A stretch of 61,101 nt of DNA, counting the filler, from Basidiobolus ranarum (Eukaryota): assembly GCA_040143965.1 (NCBI GenBank). It is 4 parts of 4 records of this genome, joined end to end, with 100 filler letters (N's around TTAATTAATTAA, not from the genome) between each part and the next. Parts side by side here need not be neighbours in the genome. Positions count along the whole stretch, not along the records: positions 15,340 to 30,569 come from JASJQH010007263.1; positions 30,670 to 45,842 come from JASJQH010007265.1; 2 more parts are not named here. One strand, given 5' to 3'. Both the position numbers and the translations under genes were made by a program. Below, piece by piece: positions 25,950 through 38,059 of this stretch. Positions within the stretch are counted from its first letter, which is position 1; each line of letters starts with the position of its first letter. The notes beneath the pieces are model-generated. The model was given only the letters and a program-made list of their open reading frames with translations. It was not told the DNA's origin and did not search any database.

Positions 25950-27025
25950 GGATGAACTTTAGGAGATTTAGACTTGGCTATATTTTTCCATGTTGCTCTT
26001 CCACACACCATTTTATATGCTTAGACTATTTGCATTTAATTTCCAGGCATGTCCACTCCTACCAAGTCTTGTACTACTTCCAGCAACCTCCATGGCAAAT
26101 GCCACATTATATACCAAGTGCAGGCTCAGCAAGTACTGCATCTGGATCCCTCAAAATTGCCTCAGCTTGCAGAGTAAGCAGCTTATTGAATGAGTTGAGA
26201 GTCTTCAAGAATACATCTAGATAATTATTAACGGTGTACTCCGGCTATACTACAGCGTCAACGACGAGAGATATGCCGATGCCCACCATAATTGGGATAA
26301 CCATCACTTATGAAAATGAATAAGCATATGCGCCATAGCCAAACTGGTAATTTTATAACTCAACCTACCACAATCTGAGGTAGAAATTCAGGAACAGGTA
26401 CCGCAGTGGTCATTGCGAAGATAAGAAGTATACAACCAAAAAATCGGCGAAATTGGCTGTATATGATGAATAGGATTAGGAAGTGCAAGGTTGAAATTTG
26501 ATGAAGTACCCACTCTTTGGATAGGTCGCTCTAGGCCAGTTGAGGAAGAAGGTTCTCACAAGTAGGAATGTAGCTAGGATGGCGCCGCTGCTTACTTGAA
26601 AGGGGCTCGGCTTGGTGTGGTCCCTCGAAAGATTCGCAAGATACATGCCTGACGTAATAATATGAGCCATTTAAACATGTTATTTCCAGCAAGAATTATG
26701 TACCAAGAATACTTCAAGCAGCACTGGTCGTTTCACTTGACCCACCTAGAATCGTTGCCTTATTACGTAGCAACAGTTAGCTATTACTCACCTCCAGCTT
26801 GGGTCCAACTGGTTTAACTGGGCACAGAAATATCGTTGCTACGCAGGCTAAGAGATTTCCTTTACCAATTCCTCTGTGAGTGACCAATTCAAGTACTAAT
26901 ACTAAAGTAACGGTTACAGCGATATCAGCCCTGAGCGCTTTTTGAGTTGGCCATAGGTCGGACATATTGTTCTTAACTTTAAAAGTATTACTTTGGCCAT
27001 TTTCCCACCAGATCATCTCTATCAT
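25950..27025 (-). pseudogene. FUSC / aromatic-acid-exporter-like (ArAE_2_N, Bre4-related) membrane protein pseudogene, N-terminal part
   Basis: KALRADIAV..IGKGNLLACVATIFLCPVKPVGPKLE; GMYLANLSRD..AILATFLL..RATYPK; IPIMVGIGISLVV..*PE. Confidence 0.65.
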
Positions 27026-27553
27026 GCTTGATGGTTAAGGAGGATTCAGCGTTTCATATTTCACAACTGCTCCTAAAGCATATGAGGTACTAGTTGATTC
27101 GAAAAGCCTTTGGGTTTCAAACCACAAAAAAAATAGTAATAAAACTTTAATCTAACTGGTTAACCATTTTTGATAAATCAGTTTGATCATATCTCGATTG
27201 GAGTAGCTGAATCTAGAAATTCCCGAGTTCAAAGTATTGAAAAAATGCTCTTGTGATCAGACTGAATTCAAAAACCATCAGACCAATCACATTGAAAAAC
27301 ACAGTACTTAATACGAGTTGCTGGTCCTCTTGTTTACCTTGAGCATTTATCGGGAAATCTGATCTGCCCTCTAATTCTCCGCGGTAATTCGGATGAGTAT
27401 GCCAAAAGAAAGTACCGTAGAGATTTGGGGTCCTTGAGATAAATATGGTATCAGATTTGCCATTGACTAAAGCATCATGAATTTAGTCTAACCTTACAGA
27501 GCGCTTTTTAAACCTTAGAGTTGGTTGAGAATATTGATAACATAGATTCCCAA

Positions 27554-29437
27554 ATGAACAACAAAGATAAACCCAATAGGCAACGAGTCACTCTGGCATG
27601 CGATGTTTGTCGTAAAAGAAAAACACGTTGCGATGGCGTAAGGCCTAGCTGTTCAATCTGCCAGAGTGATTCAATAACTTGCACTTACAAGGACAAGATG
27701 AAGAGAAGAGGCCCGCAAAAAGGATATACAGAGGCACTTGAACAGAGGCTACTCAAAATGGAATACGCCCTGGGTGAGCTCTTTCGTTATGATCCCAAGC
27801 TCGAGGAATTTGTTGAGAGAGGCGCAAAAACTCAGTCATGTTCGACAGGTAAACCGTTAAAATATATATGGTACCATGCTCCAAATGAAATAAACCGAAG
27901 CTCTCCTGTTACAGATGACAAATCGACCATCTTGAAGAGTAAACTCGCACAAAGCACCTCTAATTCTATGCAGGGTAACAAAGTGGATCCTTGGATTCTC
28001 GATGATGAAGGCCAAATGAGTCACTATGAGAATAGTTCCGACCAATGCCTATTTCGGTCTTCATCGGAGTTGCATAATAACATGATGGAAGCAAGTACTA
28101 ATGTGAACGCAGTCACCAAAAATACGTACACCCGCTCTCTTTTGGAAATTCTACCTGACCCGCAATTATTCAGTCGTCTTGTGGACATCTACTTCACGTC
28201 AATCAACCCTATATTCACATTGTTACACAAGGCGGAGTTTTTAGTCCGTTTAAATCAGAATGAAAAGGAGAAACCTTACTTTCTTCTGAATGCGATGTTT
28301 TCTCTCAGCAGTGCTATGGCATCCTTGAATAGCACTTGGAGACTAGAAAATTTGGATGCAGAAGTGTATTTCAGAAGGTCGCGCACTCTATTGTCCCAAG
28401 TTTGGGATAAAAGCACCATGGAAAATGCACAGGGATTAGTTCTATTATCGATTTATTCTCACTTGATACAAGATTTCAAGAAGTCATGGATATATAGCGG
28501 TATAGCTATTAGGATGGTTGAAGACCTAGGACTGCACCGTGACCCAAATATTTGGAACTCGAAACTGACACCAAACGAAATGGAAAGCAGAAAGCGGGTC
28601 TGGTGGGTATGCTACATAATAGATCGATTCTCTAGTGTGTGTGTTGGCCGGCCAGTGTCCATTTACTATCAGCAATTTGATACTCCGCTACCGAGATTGG
28701 ACGAAGAGGACATCTCCTCACTGAATCAAGTTTCTCTTCACAGCGGAATGTCCTTGAGGGTATTTGTTGAAGTGATCAAACTCCATGAGTTGATTGGTCA
28801 TGTCTGGAGTACTATCCACATAGCAAGAGCCACCCAAAAATTGAATAAGATTCATTATGCTCTTATCATGTGGCTGGATTCGTTACCGCTGGGTTTGGCG
28901 TATGTTCCTGCAGAGTACTTCGCCGGAAACCTACCTAAGAACCCCGCTATAATTTATGCTCATGTTTGGTACCACAGTGCTCTGATTCTATTGCATAGAC
29001 CTTTTATATCAAAGCCTGAATCATTTACATCAATGCAGGCTTCCTCTTCCCAGATCTGTATAGACGCAGCAAACAGCATAACCGCTATCATATCTGCGTG
29101 CAAGGATCATCCGGATTTTTCGCACATAATTCTATTGTTGCTATTCCCTACATATGCCGCGAGCGCAATCCATTTTTTGCAAGCTACATCTCACAAAGTA
29201 GACATCAAAACCTCTCAACGAACCAAACTGTTCAAAAACGTGAAGATCCTCAAACAAATCCATCAACAACATGGGTACGCCAAGAATTACTATAAAAATC
29301 TAATGAAGACGATTGAGGCAAGTAGTACTTGTTTTGAGACTGGAGATCAGAATAGATCACCAGCTGTAACACTGGAAGACATTCTCGAATTTCAGTCTTT
29401 TACCCAATCTTTTGTAGAAGCCGCTCTAGACCAATAA
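27554..29437 (+). CDS. Zn(II)2Cys6 transcription factor with Fungal_trans domain (intact, intronless)
   Basis: ACDVCRKRKTRCDGVRPSCSIC..C cluster; YFTSINPIF..LH; SWIYSGIAIRMVEDLGLHRD; RKRVWWVCYIIDR; LLHRPF. Confidence 0.96.
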   Translation: MNNKDKPNRQRVTLACDVCRKRKTRCDGVRPSCSICQSDSITCTYKDKMKRRGPQKGYTEALEQRLLKMEYALGELFRYDPKLEEFVERGAKTQSCSTGKPLKYIWYHAPNEINRSSPVTDDKSTILKSKLAQSTSNSMQGNKVDPWILDDEGQMSHYENSSDQCLFRSSSELHNNMMEASTNVNAVTKNTYTRSLLEILPDPQLFSRLVDIYFTSINPIFTLLHKAEFLVRLNQNEKEKPYFLLNAMFSLSSAMASLNSTWRLENLDAEVYFRRSRTLLSQVWDKSTMENAQGLVLLSIYSHLIQDFKKSWIYSGIAIRMVEDLGLHRDPNIWNSKLTPNEMESRKRVWWVCYIIDRFSSVCVGRPVSIYYQQFDTPLPRLDEEDISSLNQVSLHSGMSLRVFVEVIKLHELIGHVWSTIHIARATQKLNKIHYALIMWLDSLPLGLAYVPAEYFAGNLPKNPAIIYAHVWYHSALILLHRPFISKPESFTSMQASSSQICIDAANSITAIISACKDHPDFSHIILLLLFPTYAASAIHFLQATSHKVDIKTSQRTKLFKNVKILKQIHQQHGYAKNYYKNLMKTIEASSTCFETGDQNRSPAVTLEDILEFQSFTQSFVEAALDQ

Positions 29438-30569
29438 ATGCTTGACATAATGCCCAGACTTGAATCGCAGAATCTCTCAAACTAAGCTATCATGCTTCAT
29501 TCTCTGAAGTACGTTATACTATTTGGTGTTCCAGGCACGAACTCACCAATTGTAAGGCAACAGGGCGATGCTACAAATGCGATGAGTTGGATTCATATAA
29601 CCAATTATTCCCTTTTGCTGCAGTAACCAATATATAGGCCACCGACCGATTAGTAAAGTCTTACCTACATAAGGCAAAGGGGTGATGCTTCTGCCTAGAA
29701 AACGATTTGCGGTCAACCACTCTGATAAGGTTCTATCTTTCAGGGGTGCAGCATTCTGTGCACACGAACACATACAAATTTGGAATTAGGTTCAATGAGG
29801 CTTATCTGGATTCACCCCGTGGTTTTGCCTGTTCAAAGTTTACAATCGCAATAGGAAAGAAAAATCACTTTCATGAAGTGATCTAGCCCAGACTGAGCCA
29901 GTATCTCGTTAGTTAAACATAGAGCGCAGATGTTAAATCTTCGATCAAACAAGAGAGAGATTAGCCGGAACTGAACTCTAAACTGTGACATGTCATATTT
30001 TTGCCCTTAAAATTGCGTCTGTATTTGGTTAAAATAAACTGCTTTTCACCATAAGAATATCATAGAATACATCAGAATTTTATAACTCATCTTGTTTGCA
30101 GATCTTATCAGAAAGCCCAAGAAATATGGACATTTAGGATTCATGCTACAAGCTCCTTTCTATTTCCTTTTGACAAAATCTAACTTGAAGTGCGTGTCAG
30201 AGTAATCGTTATGTAGTTATATTTTCGATCTAATCGTAAGGTATTTTCTGATGTGTATTTTCTTCATCATATTTGTCATCTCTCTCTTTATATTCCAAAC
30301 CATTTCGTATATTACATCCAGGTCAGTACTATCAGTAAGTCAAATATTGCATAGATCCATATCACAACATATACTCAGGATATACACTATCGCTCAAAAC
30401 TGATCTATTTTCTTGCATACATTTTTCAAATGACAATAACTCGGTATTTACTCCATGCTTTAACGTGATATTTGTCACACTGCCTAAGCAGAGCCAAAAT
30501 GCTAGTTCTTCATGTTATGAAGGTGATTCCATCATCTTGGCAATACTATACACACTTATACTCAGTGCA

Positions 30570-30669
30570 NNNNNNNNNNNNNNNNNNNNNNNNNNNNNNN
30601 NNNNNNNNNNNNNTTAATTAATTAANNNNNNNNNNNNNNNNNNNNNNNNNNNNNNNNNNNNNNNNNNNN
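30570..30669. other. Artificial contig linker
   Basis: N44-TTAATTAATTAA-N44. Confidence 0.97.
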
Positions 30670-30723
30670 CCATAAATTTGAGAAGTAGACATTACAGAGA
30701 GTGCAAGCTTGGGGCTCATAACC

Positions 30724-31071
30724 TGTTAAAGTATTTGGGAGCCTGTTGGAAGTGGTTTGGAGAATTAGAGGAATTGGTGGTTTTCACTTGTTGATTTATT
30801 GAGTAGAAAGTTGACATTTATAGTTTTGTCAGGATGTAAACAAACTAATGAGTAGAATATGTTAAGGAAGGTCCCAGGAATATGTGTGCAAAGTTTGGGG
30901 CTTCTAGCACAAGCTTGAAAAATCTATATATCTGAGAACTTCTAAGTTGGTGTCAATATTCTAAGTAAATTCCGATTGAGAATAATTGATAATATCTTAG
31001 TGAGTTATAAGATAACTAATTACTAAGTTATATATGACTACATAGGTGTTTAGGCAATGCTAATTTCAACA
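30724..31071 (+). mobile_element. Solo LTR, family 1
   Basis: TGTTAAAG...AATTTCAACA; flanks TAACC / TAAGC (4/5 TSD). Confidence 0.9.
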
Positions 31072-32153
31072 TAAGCTTATTGATGATTTAAATTTCATAA
31101 CCAGCATTGCAGAATTCTTTATCAAGGTGCCGGAGAATACCTGTTTAGTAATCGATCGAAATATACACCAAATCTTTTACAAGTTTTTCATGATTTTATT
31201 ACGTTAGTGCCAAGTTGGATAGGCTTGAATGAAGACAACACTGATTAGAAATTAGATTTAAACAGCCCTTTACTTTCTTTTGAAAATTGATCACTTTTTA
31301 TACAGAGAAATATTTGATGATTTTGAATGATACTAAATAACATTTATCAGAATTTGAAGGGGCTTGAGATAAGAAACTTGGAATTGGGGATCAAACTTCC
31401 AGCTTTTGCACACCATGTCACCTAACTACTCTTGCCCCGACTCTCCAAAGTCAACATATCCGAGTGGTTTATACTTGAAAGCTGGCCTAATTACAATATG
31501 AATGTCGCTGAATAATTGTGAACTTTTTTCTTTCGGCCAATCTGAGCTTCAGTGGATGTGTCAGGGTTAATTACTGTTCTTGCTGATATTCCTGGGTAAA
31601 CTAGCTTGCTTCTGTTAGTAACTATCGAGATCACGTACCCTGTGTCTCCGAATAGCCAGAACTAAGTCAGCAAATCCACAAACGAAGATCCAGAAATCAT
31701 GAATATGAAACCAATCTAGATATGCTGTATCGACCAATCAATGTTTAGAAAAACCTGGAGATCATCACTCGATGAAAATAGGATCAATGCTCATGGAAAA
31801 CATGCCTAACCCTATGAACACATCAACTTCATCGAGTATCTAAGTCTGGCTAGCTCGAAACAAAAGTTGGTGGAATGAATAAAGAACAATCCGCAGAATC
31901 ACCAATTGCCACAAAAAGATGAAATATAGATGATTTCCGTTCCTGAATTGCATGGAGTGCCATATTTAAGCATCAGTCAATGGTGTTACAGCGCAATGTA
32001 GGTAACTGCGGTAGCCGGAAATGCTAAGGTATTTATTCTTTCAACCCACCCGCCAAGGCTATATAAAGCGTGCTCAAAAGTTTCTTACATAGCACGCTGG
32101 TTCATTATATAACTTCCACATCGCCTCTAAGCATCTTCCGCTTATCTACAAAT

Positions 32154-34163
32154 ATGAACGAGAAACAAGTGAAAACTAAGATCTTCCAAGAGGAAACTAT
32201 GAAAATGGTGCATCATTCCTATGGAGAGGAAAGCAAAAATCCAATATTTGAAGGAGATACTCTCAACACTATTTGGTCCCCTTTTACTTCACTATTTACG
32301 AGTGACCAGGTGAATATCGTATTAATGGCCTGGCTTCCATCTATGATATCCACTTCTGGGCATATAGCAGTGGATATGTTTTTAATTTCAGCACTGGTTG
32401 CAGGCCTTGTGGCACTATTGAAATTTGCTGGCCATATTTCAGCCAAAATGTTCAAGTTCAGAAGCGAAAAGAAAGCTGATTCTATCAGTATTCACATAGA
32501 ACCTGAGTTCATGGGACTTTACGAAGAACTTGAAATCAACACCCATCACAAGGCATTGTCTTGGCTTGTCTCTGAACAAAGCAAATTCCTATTGAAAGGA
32601 AACTTTTTAATGATTCCTGAGACTGGGAACCATCGTGATAGTGATGAAGAAGTACATGTTCCCAAGTTTACCGTTCTCCCACAAGATAACGAGAACCTGT
32701 TCATTTCTTTTAATAACGACATATTTAAAGTGTACTTCAAAGAATCCCCCGAGCAAGATAATCAAACAAAGGAGGAGGACAACAGAAATCGAACTTTTGA
32801 TGATGACAAGATCAAAAGCAAAGCCAAGGTCCTTCCATCAATTGTAGTTGAGCACTGTCCCAGTTTTGTATATCCGGACGGAACGAAGCCAACGAGCCGC
32901 AACCAGAATGTAACCAACGAAAAGCAAGAGTTGAGCAAGAGATTCTTGGATGACCCTGATTTTGCCATGAATAAAGTGATTGCTTTCATTCAAGCCACAA
33001 CAAGAGCGCATTTGATTGAGAATAAGTATGATCCCGCTCGTTCTAGATACGAAAGATCGACCTATGGATGGAGAATAGTACAAACACTCAGTCTAACCCG
33101 AGGTCTCAGCACGGTTTGTCTGGATGAAAGCAACGAAGTGTTATTAAAGCATGATTTGGATACCTTCTTGTCTGATAAAGATTTCTACCAACGAATTGGA
33201 CTTCCATACCGTCGAGGGATCTTGCTACATGGCAAGCCTGGCACTGGAAAGACATCACTCATCAATGCTATTTCCAGTGAGCTGAATCGCAACTTATATT
33301 TTATCAATCTAAAAGAGATAGACAGTGACTCCGCTTTGAATACCGCGTTCAACTCTGTTCCAGCAAATCAAATCATCGTGCTTGAGGATTGCGATACTCA
33401 AAGTAAGGTATTGCATGCTCGTAAACCCATTTCATCCGAGGATGAGTTTATGAAGAAACTAGGACCTGGTGTCGGTATTGGAAGTGGGGAATCATCGAAT
33501 AAGGTTGGGGGAGCTGAAGGATTCTTCAAGTTATTCTCATTGTCTACCTTCTTAGCAAATTTGGATGGGCATTCTCTTTCTGATGGTAATATCGTCATCA
33601 TGACCACCAATCACCCAGAGCTACTGGATCCTGCCGTGGTTAGACCAGGTCGCATGGATTTAAAGATTGAATTGGGCTACTGCACACATTATCAAATTCA
33701 AAATATGTACTCCTCCGTGTTGGAGGATCCTGAAGCAAGACTGGACGAAAAAATCCTCAAAGAAAAAGTCCCCGAAAGACTGCTTCCACCCTGCGAAGTC
33801 ATGACGTGCATGGTCTTGTATCGCCGTACACCGGAGGTTATACAGGATAAACTACTGGAATTAGTAGAGAAATTCCAGAAAGGTGCTAAATCTGTTATTG
33901 AAGAGGAATTGGAAAATAGAGCTCTCGAGGAGTTGGAAAATAAAATCCTCGAGGAAATCAAAGCCAGACAAAAAGATAAATCTTCTGAGAAAACTGCTGA
34001 AGAAAAGGAGAAAGCGAAAACGAAAGATCAAGTGAAAGTAGAAGAACCAACAAACAACAACAGTGCTGCTATCTCAATTGAGCAACCTCCCGAGATAACG
34101 GGGAATCACAAAACCCCCACCGATTCAGATTATGGGTCGGATACCGAGCGATTTGTCGGTTAA
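32154..34163 (+). CDS. BCS1-like AAA+ ATPase (intronless)
   Basis: FYQRIGLPYRRGILLHGKPGTGKTS (Walker A), IIVLEDCD (Walker B), LANLDG, TTNHPELLDPAVVRPGRMD; N-terminal hydrophobic helix. First ATG is at 32154. Confidence 0.93.
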   Translation: MNEKQVKTKIFQEETMKMVHHSYGEESKNPIFEGDTLNTIWSPFTSLFTSDQVNIVLMAWLPSMISTSGHIAVDMFLISALVAGLVALLKFAGHISAKMFKFRSEKKADSISIHIEPEFMGLYEELEINTHHKALSWLVSEQSKFLLKGNFLMIPETGNHRDSDEEVHVPKFTVLPQDNENLFISFNNDIFKVYFKESPEQDNQTKEEDNRNRTFDDDKIKSKAKVLPSIVVEHCPSFVYPDGTKPTSRNQNVTNEKQELSKRFLDDPDFAMNKVIAFIQATTRAHLIENKYDPARSRYERSTYGWRIVQTLSLTRGLSTVCLDESNEVLLKHDLDTFLSDKDFYQRIGLPYRRGILLHGKPGTGKTSLINAISSELNRNLYFINLKEIDSDSALNTAFNSVPANQIIVLEDCDTQSKVLHARKPISSEDEFMKKLGPGVGIGSGESSNKVGGAEGFFKLFSLSTFLANLDGHSLSDGNIVIMTTNHPELLDPAVVRPGRMDLKIELGYCTHYQIQNMYSSVLEDPEARLDEKILKEKVPERLLPPCEVMTCMVLYRRTPEVIQDKLLELVEKFQKGAKSVIEEELENRALEELENKILEEIKARQKDKSSEKTAEEKEKAKTKDQVKVEEPTNNNSAAISIEQPPEITGNHKTPTDSDYGSDTERFVG

Positions 34164-34815
34164 GGTTGGAAATTCTAATACTGGCACCACTACTAGCGCC
34201 TAATTGTATATAATTGTAGCACACTTAAGTCAATTAATTATGCATATTTCATTGTACGGACTTTACCAGTCACTACTAAAATCATCTCATCCTAGATAAT
34301 GAATGCAGTTTTTAGGCGTTGGTATTATTGGTATGTCATACTATGACAAAGCTATCGCTCAAGTCTGTAGATTAGGAACTTTATTCACGAAGGATATATG
34401 AATATTCATTACATCGATTACATCTCGCAGGATTTGTTAATGCCGAATTGACTATCTGCCTAAATATGTGGAGCCAAAATCTAGTTCCAGGCAAAAAAAG
34501 AATAAAAATATTTATTTGTTCAAATCTGCTTTATTGAAAATACAAATATAGCTAGCATCACAAGAAGTGAAAGAATTATCCTCATATTACAAGTTACCAA
34601 TACTAGCATTTTGATTGAGCTGTGTATTAAACATGAGATTGAATCATGCGGTGTCTTTTGCTGTGAAAATATGAGCTTTCTGAAGGAGTTTTAAGAAGCA
34701 GAGTTATTTTGAACTTGACAGATGTGCATTAATTGTCATAAGACAGTATGTTTATGCCTTTTGGCGGAACGAGAGAAATAAACAATGAGACTGTGTTCTG
34801 AACAGCAGTGTGAAT

Positions 34816-35064
34816 ATGAGCCTGGCGCTCTCGATATTCGATACGTTCCTATTCCTCGGCTTTCAATCTATCAATGCTATAATGTTGAAATGTGGAGGCT
34901 GTTACCGAGCAGATGACAATCAAGTCACCAAAAAATGTTGTGACAACGTTAAGGAGGCAATATATAGCGATGGTCACTTTTTTGGTTGTTATATCATGAA
35001 ACCTGAATCAAGTATTGTGACCCCCTTTAACGCCTGTTGTTTGAAGAATCGCTGCGAAAGTTAG
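34816..35064 (+). CDS. Small secreted cysteine-rich protein, KP6-like Cys pattern (possibly decaying)
   Basis: Signal-like MSLALSIFDTFLFLGFQSINA, then C-x2-C..T..CC..C..F..CC..C (8 Cys). Confidence 0.6.
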   Translation: MSLALSIFDTFLFLGFQSINAIMLKCGGCYRADDNQVTKKCCDNVKEAIYSDGHFFGCYIMKPESSIVTPFNACCLKNRCES

Positions 35065-35804
35065 GGTGGGTGGGGGATGAATTTTTTAAAGCTAGATTTT
35101 AAAAGAAGTATATTGATTAAAAACACGCATTTTGGTTGTGATTTACGAAAAGTTACCCTGGTTGATATTTTTTGCTTAATCAACATACATCTAGGTGAGA
35201 AAGATATGTGGTTTTTATATTAAAAAGTGTAAAAGATTCGAAAAATTGGTAGTAACGTCAGGGTTAATAGTAGGCGAGAAAATAAAGGTGGTGGTAAAAA
35301 AGACTGTTTTTGGGGGTATGCAAGTAAGGAAAAGTGTCCCTGCTATATCGGCAAATCTGGGATAGTTTGCAAATATATTTATAGTACAGGGGTATTTGAA
35401 GGAATAATTTAACTAACCTGACTGTTATATATGCAATAATTTGGTGTATAGTATTGGGAAGATGTGAGGTTTGCGCAAGCCAGTTTACAAAATGGAGTTC
35501 TGAACCACTGGCTGAATATTCACGAGTTGACTTGAAGCAAAGCATTCAAACGATTGGGTAAAAATACAAAAAACCAATGGGTTATATTATGAATAAGTGT
35601 GTGAATAAGATGAGCTATCTTGGGGATCGTTTGGAGAACTTTCTACTTCTTGTAGGGCATTGCTCATTCGCGGATAGTTTACAAATATATACAAACATGT
35701 TGTAACTTTCAGCCAATTGACATTGAACTAAAACTCCGAGCCAGCTTAAATGAAATACTGGGAGTACTCGGATGTATACATAGACCAATAATTAGTATGA
35801 TAGA

Positions 35805-36125
35805 TGTCGAAGTATTTTGGGGGCCTGTTGGAAGTGGTTTGGAGAATTAGAGAAATTGGTGGTTTTAACTTATTCACTTATTGAGTATTCAGTTGACATT
35901 TATACTTTTGTCAAGATGTAAACAAACTAACGTCTAGAATGTGTTAAGGAAGGTTACATAAATATGTGTGCAAAACTAGGGGCATCTTTGAAAAATCTAT
36001 ATATCTGAGAACTTCTAAGTAAATTCCTCTTGAGAATAATGGGTAATATCTTATTTTAATATGGGATAACTAAATACTAGGCTATATATGACTATATAGG
36101 TGCTTAGGCAATGCTAATTTCAACA
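35805..36125 (+). mobile_element. Solo LTR, family 1, with perfect 5-bp TSD
   Basis: TGTCGAAG...AATTTCAACA flanked by ATAGA (35800-35804) and ATAGA (36126-36130). Confidence 0.93.
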
Positions 36126-36147
36126 ATAGAGACAACAAACTTGTACA

Positions 36148-36965
36148 TGTAAAGATATGGGAAAATTCTGATAATTCTTATATGCACCAATATTTTTCAA
36201 GTGAGAATGTTCGAAGTCTTGGGCTTTACTAAGCTAGAAAAATAGTTGTAAGTAGGTTTTAGTCATAATGATTTGATTATGTTGTCCAAGAACATATGTG
36301 CAAAGCGTGGGGACCGTAGGACAAGTTCTCTAAATCTATATATCTTCAAACTTCTAAGTTGGCAAGAATATTTCAAGTAAATCCCTCTTGAGAATAGTGG
36401 GATATATCTTAATGAAAGATGGAATAACTAGACGACTATCTATAAGTAACTATATAGATGTTTAGGCTAGGTTAATTTCAACAAATATAAGAAACACAGG
36501 TTTGCATAATATTCTCCTACGTATTGTAGATGAACCTGTGGAAATATTTAAACTCCTCCAAAACTCACCAAACATTCTCTCTTTACTAGCTCGGTAATTG
36601 TTCCCTAATATTTGACAGAGTCAAGTTCTTGAAAATTTAACCACCAACTAAGAACATCTATAACAATAAGACGTTTGCTTCCTTTTTGTCATGTACCAAT
36701 AAGTAACCTGCCTATATTCGGGCCAATGAAGGTTCATCTAAGTTATATGCTTTTGTCAAGAGGTAAACAAACGCGTATATTGCGTTAAGGTCCCAGCAAC
36801 ATGTGTGCGAAGTGTGGGGCCTGTAGGACAACTTCTCAAAATCTGTAGATCTTTAAACTTCCAAGTCCTTCTTGAGAATAGTGTGTAATATCTTAGTTCA
36901 ATATGGAATAACTAAATACTAAGCTATATTTCTATATGGATGTTTAGGCTATGTTAATAAAAACA
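36148..36965 (+). repeat. Two more diverged LTR family-1 copies (ending 36483 and about 36965)
   Basis: Share ATGTG(TG)CAAAG..TGGGG, AACTTCTAAGT, TCTTGAGAATA and GATGTTTAGGCTA with the other copies; 5' ends unclear. Confidence 0.75.
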
Positions 36966-38059
36966 CACCATGGGATTATGCCCCAGACATATGTGGGAGT
37001 AAATAAGTTATCCCAGAGATAATTCAGATGACTTTGAGACCCTAAGTACAATTTTGCTAATTCTTGGATGACTTACATATCGCCCAAAAAGAAGTTGCGG
37101 TACAAATTATATGATATTTTACTGAGTTAATCTTAAGCAGCTTAGATGTAGTATATAATCATGTCCATCATGCAGGGAGAGGTTTAACATTCTGATCTTA
37201 AATTCTCATTCTAATTCTAATATTAGAGCTTCATATCACATGCTATACTCCAATATTTGAAGCTGTAGGGTGTTTGTCATATCTGGAAGATTATCCCAAT
37301 ATCCAGTCTACTAGGAAGGAATCCTCTCTATCAACGGACACAAATATAATAGTACCTGGTTAGATTTTTCAGAGCTTCTGTATTTCCGCAACATGGTATC
37401 TGTGCAGCTTTTCTGGAAGTACAGGATTCAAATATGTTATCTTGATGTCCATTTGGACTCTCTGTAATTGCAATTACCGCATAATTAAATAAAGCTGTGT
37501 TCAAAGTAGACAACTAGAATGAGCAGTTTTGCAAAATGAATTTGTAACTCTGGTAGTAGCTAGTACACTAGGCTTTGCTTGTTACGAGCACAGAGTAATA
37601 GACTGCATATGCATGAAAAACTCTATCTGAGGCTTATGTCAGCACGTTTAGCAAGAATCTCATTACAGTGGAGCCACATACTCTGTGTATTTTTGTGATC
37701 AGAATACGAGCATTGTAAGCGCAAAAGGGAACATCTTCGATGATGAGATTGTTCCGGTTTAACAACAAAGCCTGTGAACCCCAAGCACTCGTATCAAAGT
37801 ATCATCTACTACGAGAATGGATACTGTTCAGTATTGAGTACTAAGTACTTGAAATGATTTATAAATAAATGTGCGAAGTGGATTTCACGTGATGATTTCT
37901 GACGGCTATAATATTCTATTGAGCAGCTACCACTATTATTGTCCATATGCATGTCCTTTCGGAGATATCTGTAGCAAAGTATTCCCGAAACCTTACTCGT
38001 AGTAATAGGATTGACTAACACTATACAATACACTTCGTCAATACAAAATGATTTCTAAA

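Noticed and set aside
34816-35064. Hydrophobin
   Set aside because: Cys order is C-C-CC-C-CC-C, not C-CC-C-C-CC-C.
19632-36965. CRISPR-like or ncRNA array
   Set aside because: Repeats are 320-350 bp, dispersed, with TG..CA ends and TSDs, i.e. LTRs.
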